Assembly: GCA_964449925.1 (NCBI GenBank)
Contig: CAYVCM010000003.1
Location: 1-53,194 of the forward strand
Direction: 5' to 3'
Source: an uncultured Clostridium sp.
GTDB lineage: Bacteria > Bacillota > Clostridia > TANB77 > CAG-508
DNA: 53,194 bases
Position 1 is the stretch's first letter. Every line of letters begins with the position of its first letter. The notes below the pieces were generated by a model that saw nothing but the letters and a program-made list of their open reading frames with translations, was not told where the DNA came from and made no database searches. Shown in pieces: positions 29,618 through 39,228 of this stretch. Made by a program: the position numbers and the translations under genes.

Positions 29618-30199
29618 TTATTTTACCTCTGTTGCTTGAACTACAAGCCTTAGACTAGGTTTTCCTTTAACACAAGTTATCAAAGTTATACAATTTTCAT
29701 CTGTATTTTCAAGTAAAGTCCAATCTGTCTCACTAATTTCTGTAACAGTATTTACTTCATACTCTTTTGTGCCAAGAAAACTTGTGTAGTTAATTGTGTC
29801 TCCATTTTCTAAAGTATATAGTTTTTTCCATACACTCGTATAGTTATGTCCTGCGAGACATACATTACCTTCTAAGTATGGAGAATTTTCAAAATGACCT
29901 ATGCCTTTATCAAGTGTTTCTGATGAAGTACCTTCATATACAAGACCTTCGTAACCTATTTTGTCAATTTTGATAACACCAACTACACTTTCTCCATCAA
30001 TTTGTAACATTAAATCATCTATTGTATCTTCTGAGTTAATTCTATCTTGCACATCTTCATCATTATAAATTTCATATACTGTATCTATTTTATTTTTTTC
30101 AATAAAATATTTTATAATGAAAAATGTTGCTATTATAGCTACAATAACTAGAACGATAATGATAGAAACTGTAAGAGCTTTTTTAATCTTTTTACTCAA
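29618..30199 (-). CDS. Sortase (class D-like)
   Basis: LAGHN, TLITC, downstream Arg. Confidence 0.9.
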   Translation of the reverse strand: MSKKIKKALTVSIIIVLVIVAIIATFFIIKYFIEKNKIDTVYEIYNDEDVQDRINSEDTIDDLMLQIDGESVVGVIKIDKIGYEGLVYEGTSSETLDKGIGHFENSPYLEGNVCLAGHNYTSVWKKLYTLENGDTINYTSFLGTKEYEVNTVTEISETDWTLLENTDENCITLITCVKGKPSLRLVVQATEVK

Positions 30200-30240
30200 A
30201 AAAATCCCCTCCTTTCTTTAAATTCTGCAATAAAATAGAA

Positions 30241-30615
30241 CTAGTTTGTTTCTAGTCCTATAATATCTTTTATATATTCTGAAATTCTGGAAAATGGGTT
30301 TGGATTTCTAATTTTTTGACAAATATCTTCTAAGTCAAATGGATCAAAAATTATATCATAAATACCAAGTATTAATGCATCTTTTAATTCTTTGACTTTG
30401 TCATTTTCCAAAATAAGAATAACTTGTATATTTTTTTCTCTAACTTTAAACATAAAGTCTTTGAAATTATATTTGTTAGGTTGTAATGTAACAACTAGAG
30501 TTGTAGCTTCTTTTTCTTCTAGGATATATTCAGGGTAATATACAATTCTACTATCTTCTATTTTTTTACTTAAATCTCTATCTAGTTGTTCATTATCAGT
30601 AAAAATTAATACCAC
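30241..30615 (-). CDS. Degenerate receiver-like protein
   Basis: ALILGIYDIIFDPF; GGAGG then GTG. Confidence 0.55.
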   Translation of the reverse strand: MVLIFTDNEQLDRDLSKKIEDSRIVYYPEYILEEKEATTLVVTLQPNKYNFKDFMFKVREKNIQVILILENDKVKELKDALILGIYDIIFDPFDLEDICQKIRNPNPFSRISEYIKDIIGLETN

Positions 30616-30631
30616 TTGTTACTACCTCCTT

Positions 30632-31288
30632 TTATTCAAAATACTCCTCTGGATCTGTATAACTACCATTTATTCGAACCTCGAAATGTGCATGTGCACC
30701 AGTAGAATATCCTGTTGAACCAACCTTTAAGACAGGCGTTCCTTGAGTTATTGTGTCACCAACTTCGACTAATATTTCAGAGCCATGTGCATATAAAGTA
30801 AGGATTCCATTTCCGATGGTCTATTATTACCATATTTCCATACGCATTATTATATGTAGCTTTTATAACAGTGCCGTCTGCCATTGCTACAAAATTAGCA
30901 CCGAATAGGAGCTCCTACATCGGTACCACTATGTAATTTATATATCCCAGTTATAGGGTGCGTTCTCATTCCAAAATGAGATGTTATACTTGTATATCCA
31001 GGAATAGGCCATATAAACATACCGCTTTGAAACTAAACTTGTCCCACTTGTTATAGTAGTTGGAGATTCTTCTTTTTCTTTTAGCCATTCTGCATACTGT
31101 TCTTCGTAATTATCACTAGAAAGTAGTTCAGCAATTTGCATATCTTCTTCAGTAGTAAAAAGCGAATCTACAACAGTACATACTGCAAAAACAATTCCTA
31201 AAATAACTACTATAAATGGTAAAAACGGCTTTATGATTTTAAAAACTGCTTTTTTGACCTTACTTTTAGCTTTACTCTGTATGCTCAT
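30632..31288 (-). CDS. M23 peptidoglycan endopeptidase (VirB1-like role); needs three +1 events (31021-24, 30900-03, 30812-15)
   Basis: Restored K-G-MFIWPIPG, HSGTDVGAPI-G-ANF, YGNMVIIDH-G-NG, YAH, STGAHAHFEV; about 217 aa. Confidence 0.88.
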
Positions 31289-32769
31289 TATTATCACCTG
31301 ATTTCTGCATTTTAGCTTTATCATTTGCTAATTTATATTCTGTGTTTTGAAAATTCTTTTTTCTTTGTATATTATTTTTTCGTGAATAACTACTAAAATC
31401 GCCCTCAACCATTTTTGCACCTAGTCCAAGATATGCACTTGTAGCTTTGACACTACCTTTAGCAACTCCTGTTGCAATAGATTTAGGATTAATTTTATTG
31501 CCTTTGCTAAAACTTTTTTTATTTTCTCCATTAGATTTAGGAATGTTTATTGTATTCTTTTCATTATTTTTTTCTTTTGGTACTACATTTCTAATTGGAT
31601 TTACATTACCATTGTAGTCTTTTTCTGCACTCAAATTCATTGTAGGATTTACAACTGCCTTTGCTCTTGATACTAATCCTTTTAAACCACCACTTGAATT
31701 GTCATTATTAGAGCTTCCACTATTTCCGGTATCAGATGATGATGGTGTTTTAAATTGTTCTTTTATAGTTGCTAATCCAAAACCAGCCATTGCTCCCATA
31801 CCAATTACTCTATTTGTCATTTGTTCATTATCTACACCTGCAATACGAGAGGTTAAATTCTGTAAACAGTTCATTAAAGCATCAGCTAAAGGCAATATCA
31901 TCATAGCCCATATTAAAGATACAGCCCAACCGCCTCCACTTGGTAAAAAGGCTAAATAAATCAAAAATAAAAAGCAATATATAAATTGCATAAATATATT
32001 CATTATAATTTGTCCACCCCAAATAGCCGCTGCAGTTACATTTTTATTTATTATCCATAAAGATGCTGCAATCGGTGTAAATATTGTAAATATAATTATT
32101 GTGAATTGCCTTACAATAAATTTTATATTTAACTTAACAAATAAATATATAAACATTGCAATAACTAAAGCTGTTGTTATAGCATTTCCAGTCTTTATAC
32201 TTGTTAGCATACTTTCTCCAAGAGAGGCTTCTAAAGTACCACTGTTTGCAGCTGTTACTAAAAGATAAACAAAACTATTATTTACATATAAAAGAAGTCT
32301 TATAAATAGTGGAGCAAGAGCAATAGCAATACCACCAAAACATAATCTCATTAAGCTATCTTTTGCTTCATTCTTTTTAGATGTATTCATTCCAGCATTC
32401 ATAATTTTGTATGATAAAATAAAGATAGCAATCAAAATAAGTGTTCCAGAAATAATTGCAAATACTTTGTACCAATTCATAGTTTTATTCCAAAGTTCAG
32501 TGGTAAAAGGGGATAAACTATCACTACTTTGCTTATTATTAAATATAAGTTCATCATAATCTTCAAATCCTACGGTTGAATCTTCGCCGAGTTGTAAAAT
32601 CAAATATTGTTTGAGCAATACCTCCAATACATTCAGCAATTATTTTTTCAAAAAGTGAACCATCTTCTTCACTTATTTGCTCCTTAAAATTAGTTTCAGC
32701 AAAGCAAAATGGAGATAATAAAAAAAGTATAGTAACTACAATTACAAAACTTTTTAATATTTTTTTCAA
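31272..32769 (-). CDS. VirB6/TrbL-like polytopic conjugation protein; needs +1 at CGGC 32586-32589
   Basis: GGAGG then TTG at 32769; ...FDFTT-G-EDSTVGF joins ORF 31272-32639; multi-TM. Confidence 0.8.
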
Positions 32770-32820
32770 ATTGTTACCTCCTACTTCTTTAGGATAGGGC
32801 ATAAGGAAAACACTATATTT

Positions 32821-34639
32821 TTAAGTAAATACAAATTGTTCTTCATAAGGTGTTATTACAAATTTTATTGCAGTAACACTATTGTTTAAACTTATAATAC
32901 ATTGACCTGGACTTGCAGCAGTTAAAAAATTCTTTGTTCCTTCAGATAGATTGAAAAAATCTACAACGGCATCTACCGAACCAGGACTTTGCTTAAAAAT
33001 ATATCTAGTTGAACAGATATTTATTATTGTTTTTCCGTTCTTCCGAATTTAAAAATTCATCTATAAACTGACTACCAATAAAGAGTGGCACATTATATTT
33101 ACGACCACGCCTTGCTACATTTACTAAAAAATCTGATGATTCTTTATATTTTAAAAATAACCAAGCCTCATCACATACAATAATTTTCTTTCTGTCTTTA
33201 TTTTTCAATACATATTTTTGCCATACCCAAGTAAGAATTACAAAACTTGAATATAATTTTGTAAATTCATCTTTGACTTCTGACATATCGAAACATATTA
33301 TTTCTTCACTAGATAAAATCTTACTTTCACAATCAAACATACCGTAAAGAATTGCCTTTTAAGAATGGAATTAAAATATCTGCTAATTCTTTACAATTAC
33401 CTCTTTCTTTTAGTTTTCTTTGAAAATCTGATAAAGTTGGCATTTTCTTTGGTATTCTTCCTATTGCATATTTTCCATTATCTAATCTTCCACCTTTTTT
33501 CTCAAATATAGAATTAGCATCACTTGTAATTCCTTTTTCTGCATACAATTGATTTACTATTATTTCTATTTCTGTATTTTCTGCTCCTGTAAGTGTTCTT
33601 CCATAATTTCTACAAATGGTTCCAATTAATGACCTTATTTCAGCAACTTTATCTAAAATATTTATAAATTGCATATTTCCTTTTGTATCAGGTTCAATTT
33701 CAAAAGGATTTACACCTGCAGATTTTCCTTGTTCAATTTTGATAACTTTTCCACCAAGCATTTTAGTAAGGCTTGTATATTCACCTTCAACATCTATAAA
33801 AAAAGCACCACAACCGAGTTGTCGCAATGTTTCTTGCTGTTAATGTTTTTAGGGCTACACTTTTACCGCCACCACTTGTACCACATATAAAAACATGAGG
33901 ATTAGGAAGTGTTGGAGGTCCTATAAATGTATCTACATATACTGGAGCATTTGTGTACATATTTCTTCCAATGAAAATACCTCTATCATGACTTAAATTA
34001 GGATTAGATATTGGAATTAAAGTTGCAATTCCGACCTGCTACCATATTCCTTTCATAATTTGGAATAGGTACTTCACCAGTTGGAATCATTGTTTTTAAT
34101 CCTTCTATTTGTCTAAATGTTAAAGTTCTTATCATAGCAGTTTTTTTGTTTAATTCGCTTTCTAATATCTTTGTTTTTTCGTTTAATTCGTCAAGTGATT
34201 CAGCATTTACAGATATGAATATTGTTGCAAAAAAGAGTTTATCTTGATTAGTTTGTATTAGCATTCTTAAATCTTCTAAATCTCCAATTTGTTTTTCAAG
34301 TTCAGGTAAATGTAAGATATTACCTTGCCTTGAATATGTTGCATATTCAGACTGGCTTTGTACTAATTTTCTTGTTAATTGATTAATTACATTTCCATTT
34401 GAAGAAGGCTCTATTTTTACAGAAATATTTATATTTCCAATTTGAAATAAATCATCTAGCCAACTAACCCAAGTCTGTTCAGGGTATATTGTCATTGCAA
34501 AAATTCTTGTGAATTTGTTATAACCTAAAATTAAATAATCCTTTTTTTCTTGCAATGTTTCAGGAAGTAATATGTCCGCCATAGTAGGCACATTATCAAA
34601 TATGTTTATTTCTTTTGGCTTTTTGTTTTTTCCCAACAT
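32821..34639 (-). CDS. virB4: VirB4 conjugation ATPase; needs four +1 events (34030-33, 33813-16, 33341-44, 33034-37)
   Basis: Restored 604-aa protein with NPHVFICGTSGGGKS, IDVEGEY, CDEAW, RRGRKY. Confidence 0.92.
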
Positions 34640-35333
34640 ATAAGTTTTTTCCTCCTTCCCTTAAGTTACTAATGTTTATAGCAGAATTTTTATTTAATTC
34701 TCTATAAATAAGGTTATATAACTCATCTTCGTTTAATATTTCACAAACTATTTTTGCTCTTAATAAATTTCCTGTAAAAGACATAGACTTTCTATTTAAT
34801 TCTTCAATAGCTTTTTCATAAGTACCATCATAACTTATAATTGCATAATTTTTTACAACAGATATAGACCTATTTTCCATAAGGTTTCGCAAGTAATCGA
34901 TTAAATATTTTTTGTATTCTTTAATCTTTGTACTATTTGTTTTGTTTTCCTTAATTAAAGATATAACCCTACTTGTATCTATAAATTCAGTTGTACTAAA
35001 AAATTGAACAGGATAATCTATTGCTAAAGCAGTTTGAATCAGTACATTTTCAATAGAATCTTGTTCACTAACAGAAAGCATATTATAGTCAATGTTACCA
35101 AGTCTTATAATATTAGAATATCTATTACCTAAGCAAATCATATTGTCTTTAATCTTAATTTGTAAAATATCTGCTAATTGTTTTTTACCTTTTTTAGTAT
35201 TTTTATCTTTTGTATCTATACCGTGTTTTGGTGCATTTACATTTTTCTTTTTATTGTTTAAATAAATAGCTGTACCTATGACAAAAAGTACAGTTAAAAC
35301 TAAAAATGTTATCATTATTACCATCTCGAACAC
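34596..35333 (-). CDS. Conjugation-associated membrane protein
   Basis: N-terminal TM; lies between prgI-like gene and virB4. Confidence 0.65.
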   Translation of the reverse strand: MFEMVIMITFLVLTVLFVIGTAIYLNNKKKNVNAPKHGIDTKDKNTKKGKKQLADILQIKIKDNMICLGNRYSNIIRLGNIDYNMLSVSEQDSIENVLIQTALAIDYPVQFFSTTEFIDTSRVISLIKENKTNSTKIKEYKKYLIDYLRNLMENRSISVVKNYAIISYDGTYEKAIEELNRKSMSFTGNLLRAKIVCEILNEDELYNLIYRELNKNSAINISNLREGGKNLYVGKKQKAKRNKHI

Positions 35334-35611
35334 CTCTTATATACAAAATATTTTTTACGAAAAAAGTATTTAATTGCATAAAAAAAGAACTTATCAAAGT
35401 TCTGCTCACCAATTTTTAAAAAAGTACACAATAAAAAGAAACTTGTAATTAATATAATAAATGTTATTTTTAATATCATTGGAAGTGGTGTTGTAAATAA
35501 TGCTAAACTTGATGCCCCTAACATTAAATAGACAACTTGTCTTAAACTTAAATATCCACCAAAAATTTTCTCTTCTCTTTTTATATCAAAAGGAACTTTA
35601 AATACTCTCAT
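35318..35611 (-). CDS. PrgI (VirB3-like) family protein
   Basis: VPFDI.REEKIFGG.LSLRQ plus two TMs. Confidence 0.8.
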   Translation of the reverse strand: MRVFKVPFDIKREEKIFGGYLSLRQVVYLMLGASSLALFTTPLPMILKITFIILITSFFLLCTFLKIGEQNFDKFFFYAIKYFFRKKYFVYKRCSRW

Positions 35612-35624
35612 ATTTTGCTCCTTT

Positions 35625-36015
35625 CTAGCTACCTAATAGACTTCCTGTACTATTTGTTGCTACATTTATTATTATTCCAGCTATTATAAGACTTGCACCT
35701 AAAACAACGCCTCCGCCACATATCCAAGCTAAACTTCCAATCGATTCAGCTCTTTTTTGTGGATTATTTGAATTTGCTATCATCTTTATAGCTGCAACTA
35801 CTACACTTGCAAAGATAAGTACACCTCCGTAAAGGCATTGCAATAGAAGTAATTACTCTTTTTATACTTTCTGTTGCCTCTGTTACTTCTGCTGTTCCAA
35901 TTGTTGTACTCTCAGTTGCAAAGACCATATTAGCTTTAATTGCAAGTAATGTAGCCATAGTTCCTATTGCTGTTATCTTAGAAACTATTTGATTTTTCTT
36001 CTTTTTTAATTTCAT
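35625..36015 (-). CDS. VirB2/TrbC-like pilin; needs +1 at CGGA 35826-35829
   Basis: Signal-like N-terminus; SIAMPL-G-GVLIFASVVVAAIKM, two TMs; 129 aa when joined. Confidence 0.8.
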
Positions 36016-36075
36016 AAAACATCATCTCCTATAAATTTATTTTGAAGGACAATTTTACAGGAAATACACTATGTT

Positions 36076-36324
36076 TTAAATCATATTCTTAAAATGTATG
36101 TAAATAACAGGTATAGATAATAAAAAAATAATACCTAGCAGAAGAGAAGGAACTATTTTTAAGAATTTTGATTTTATCTTTTGTGATTTTATCAAACACC
36201 CTATTGCAAGTAAAATTAGTGATAATATTAATAGGCTTACTAATACTACAAGAGTAATTTTAAATGTTATAAATAGAGTGGAAGATACTATATTTTCAAA
36301 ATTGTTTATATAATCATCTAACAT
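36076..36324 (-). CDS. Small membrane protein
   Basis: Two TM segments. Confidence 0.7.
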   Translation of the reverse strand: MLDDYINNFENIVSSTLFITFKITLVVLVSLLILSLILLAIGCLIKSQKIKSKFLKIVPSLLLGIIFLLSIPVIYIHFKNMI

Positions 36325-36327
36325 TTC

Positions 36328-37020
36328 TCACGACCTTTCTATATATTCATTAATAACTGTTTGCTTATAATAATTCAAAAAGTTTTTTACTTCTTTTTCT
36401 TTGCATAAAGAATATAATTTTAATAATGTATTTCTTTCTGTTAATGGAATTATATATTTAAAATTCCCCTCATAAATACAATATAATGTGTAAATTATAT
36501 CTTTTAGTTTTAATATGTTTTCTTCTTGCATTATTTCTAATATTTCATTTGTATAAACAAATTCTAATCTTTCCAATTGAATATAAAAATCTGTTGGAAT
36601 TTTGCTTTTATTATTTATAATTAAATAAAATAAATCCTCTTTATTTATATTTATATTATTCTCTTTGACATTTTGATCAATAGGGTATTGTGTTTTTTGA
36701 CAATAGGGGTATTGATTATTTTCACAATAGGGGGTATCTCTAATATAGATATATCTTGCAATAATTTCTTTTCTTTCATTTCTTTTTATTTCTACTTTTA
36801 TGACTCCAATTTCTTGTAAATGTGAGAGCCATCTACTTACAGTTTCAATATTTACATTATACAAATCTGCAAAATATCTATTTTTTGCATAACAATATCC
36901 ATATTTATTAGCAAGTGCTGTGATTTCGCCATATAATAGCTTTTCATTTGGTTTTAAATCTTTCGAATATCTTATAGTAGCTGGTATAACAGCATAATAA
37001 TTAATCGTTTCTTCGTTCAT
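36328..37020 (-). CDS. Phage/plasmid-type HTH replication initiator
   Basis: YYAVIPA.IRY..DL...EKLLYGEI, GYCYA.N.YFA.LY; internal repeats. Confidence 0.8.
   Translation of the reverse strand: MNEETINYYAVIPATIRYSKDLKPNEKLLYGEITALANKYGYCYAKNRYFADLYNVNIETVSRWLSHLQEIGVIKVEIKRNERKEIIARYIYIRDTPYCENNQYPYCQKTQYPIDQNVKENNININKEDLFYLIINNKSKIPTDFYIQLERLEFVYTNEILEIMQEENILKLKDIIYTLYCIYEGNFKYIIPLTERNTLLKLYSLCKEKEVKNFLNYYKQTVINEYIERS
36678..36737. repeat. Three iteron-like CAATAGGG(G)TAT repeats inside the rep gene
   Basis: Starts at 36678, 36701, 36725. Confidence 0.6.
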
Positions 37021-37244
37021 GACTTAACCTCCTATCATTTTTTCTGTTTTTATACTTGACAAAATTAGAGCATATAAAAAGAGGCTACTATTAGCCCCTA
37101 AAATTAAACCTAGAATAAATTTTAGCATTTTTAATATAAAATTTTATAAAATAAAAAGACTTCTACTATTTCTAGTAAAAGCCTTATATATGAATGGTTA
37201 AAGGGAAAATAAAGGGATATCCCTTTATGCCAAAACTTCCAAAG

Positions 37245-37320
37245 TGGTTGCGGGAGTAGGATTCGAACCTACGACCTCAGGGTTATGAGCCCTGCGAGCT
37301 GCCAGCTGCTCCATCCCGCG
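37245..37320 (-). tRNA. Initiator tRNA-Met (CAT)
   Basis: CGCGGGA...CTCATAA...CCCGCAACCA; C1:A72 mismatch; GGG/CCC anticodon stem. Confidence 0.96.
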
Positions 37321-37504
37321 ATATTTAATTAAATATTGTGCTTTTTTTGTCCCTTTAATGTCCCTTTATAATTTAATTTTAAATAAATTTTATTAAGTTT
37401 TAATAATCTTAAAAGAGTTATTAAAAGAACTAGCAAAATATTGAATTTTCAATGTATTTTCGTTATAATGCGGTTGATAGCTGATTGGCAATTTGTTGTT
37501 TATT

Positions 37505-37547
37505 TCGGATTATGAGCCCGACGAGCTGCCAACTGCTCCACCCCGCG
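37505..37547 (-). pseudogene. 5' half of a second initiator tRNA-Met, ending after the anticodon arm
   Basis: CGCGGGGTGGAGCAGTTGGCAGCTCGTCGGGCTCATAATCCGA, then unrelated sequence. Confidence 0.85.
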
Positions 37548-37567
37548 ATATAAAATTTACAAATATA

Positions 37568-37596
37568 ATTATACTACTAATAGCACAAACTGTCAA
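37568..37596 (-). promoter_or_regulatory. Consensus sigma-A promoter for the tRNA locus
   Basis: TTGACA-17-TATAAT. Confidence 0.85.
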
Positions 37597-37884
37597 CACC
37601 TTGAGCAAAATTACAATATTTACCATCCGTTTTAGTATATAACTATTATATTCATAAACAAAAAAAATATTCCAATGACAATTTTTAAAACTTTGATAAT
37701 TAAATTGATAAAAATAATTATTTAATATAAATATTTATTTTTGATATATAAAGTTGTAAAGGTTCAATTAACAAAGTATGTCAATTTATATTTTTTGACA
37801 CACTTTATTTTATAACATTTTTAATCACTAGAACTCGTTATTTTCTGCTTAATCGATTGTTTCATCAATTACATCATCAGTTGT

Positions 37885-38946
37885 TTAATCAGTTTCTCCT
37901 GCTTGCTCTACTTCTATTTCTCCTGTTTCTCCTGGTTGCTCTCCTTCCGTTTCTTCCGCTTCAGCACAGTTTACAACACTTTCTCCTATACTTGCAATAA
38001 GTTCACTTGCGTTTGCAACACCATTTGTAAATACACCTATTAAATAAGTATTTTCACCATATATAATTCCATAATCATGCACATATCCATTATATGATCC
38101 ATATTTATGTGCGACATCATATTGAGGTAAATTTGCTTTTAAATATGCACCACCTGAAGATATTTTCATATATTCTAGCAATTCACTATATTTATCAGAA
38201 TTTTGATATAAATATTGCAATACATCATAATAATATTCACAGTTTGCTATATTAGTTGTATAAAATTCTTCTGGCATTTCTACATCTGAATATTTGGTTA
38301 GTTCTTCTTTACATGCTCTATAACCTAGATTTCCTATCAAGATATTTAGTGCTGTATTGTCACTATTTACAATTGTTTGTTCTAAAAGATGAGATAGTGG
38401 CACACCTTGTCCTACTGAGTAATATGCGGCAGTATTTCCCCCACCTGCTTCATAATCGTCACTATTGTAAGTTAGTTTGTCTTCTAATGTTAATTTGCCT
38501 TCTGCTATTCGATCATAATATAACATGGTAATTGGTACTTTAATAGTACTTGCTGCTGTAAAATAATCGCTTTCATTGTAAAAATAATACTTTTTTTCTT
38601 CTATATTATAGTAAAAGAAACGAAAATTTTCTTCTGTTAAATTATTTTCTATTCTTATTTCGTCAATTAGTTCTGCTATTTTTGTATCTTCACTTTCTTC
38701 TATAATTTCTTCTGTTGATGTCTCCAATTCTTCCACATTACTATTTTCTTCTATTTGACTTATATTTTCTTCACTTTCATTTTTTTCTTTATTATTTGCA
38801 TAATAAATTACGATTCCTATAATTATTAATAATATAATAATTCTGATGGCAAATGCTTTTGGTTTTATTCTTAATTTTCTTTTCTTTGTTTTCCTTTTTC
38901 TTTGTTTGTATTTTCCCTTTTGGATGTGCTTTCCCTTTTGATTCAT
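37885..38946 (-). CDS. Membrane-anchored serine hydrolase (class A beta-lactamase-like)
   Basis: ASTIK, SDN, HKYG. Confidence 0.85.
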   Translation of the reverse strand: MNQKGKHIQKGKYKQRKRKTKKRKLRIKPKAFAIRIIILLIIIGIVIYYANNKEKNESEENISQIEENSNVEELETSTEEIIEESEDTKIAELIDEIRIENNLTEENFRFFYYNIEEKKYYFYNESDYFTAASTIKVPITMLYYDRIAEGKLTLEDKLTYNSDDYEAGGGNTAAYYSVGQGVPLSHLLEQTIVNSDNTALNILIGNLGYRACKEELTKYSDVEMPEEFYTTNIANCEYYYDVLQYLYQNSDKYSELLEYMKISSGGAYLKANLPQYDVAHKYGSYNGYVHDYGIIYGENTYLIGVFTNGVANASELIASIGESVVNCAEAEETEGEQPGETGEIEVEQAGETD

Positions 38947-39228
38947 TTTTTTTACATTTCCTTTCTTTTGTAATTTTGTGAATCAAACGGTGCTATTTTT
39001 TAGTAATTTTATTATTTATAATTGTAAAATTTATTTGCACTATTGATTATTTCTATTATATCATAAAAATTTGTATATCAAGCAATTTTCTAAAATAAAT
39101 ATAAAATAAAAAACAAGATAGTATGTTTTTCAAGTTTTATTTGTTAGAAAGCTAATATTATTTGTAATTTTCTATCCTAATTTTTACTTATAAATTTTCA
39201 GATATTATTTATAGTTATACAATTTATC

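Larger units (their letters stand above)
6313..37244. mobile_element. Integrated conjugative/plasmid-like element (left boundary uncertain; may include 1-6.3 kb)
   Basis: T4SS, T4CP, rep, leading region and recombinase adjacent to a tRNA. Confidence 0.8.

Noticed and set aside
34046-34054. AGG codons as additional shift sites
   Set aside because: In-frame AGG (virB4 YERNM, primase VQRH) reads through normally in this window
17045-36015. Decayed ICE with pseudogenes, or homopolymer sequencing errors
   Set aside because: All 13 indels are the same C-before-Gly event, in phase, on the coding strand and outside homopolymers, while long A/T runs show no indels. An artefact cannot be fully excluded without reads.
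22897-36015. ORF-track fragments 33005-33340, 33333-33827, 34004-34639, 32563-32802, 35625-35843, 35764-36015 and 30938-31324 as separate genes
   Set aside because: They are pieces of single genes joined at CGGN; their tails after CGG are out-of-frame sequence
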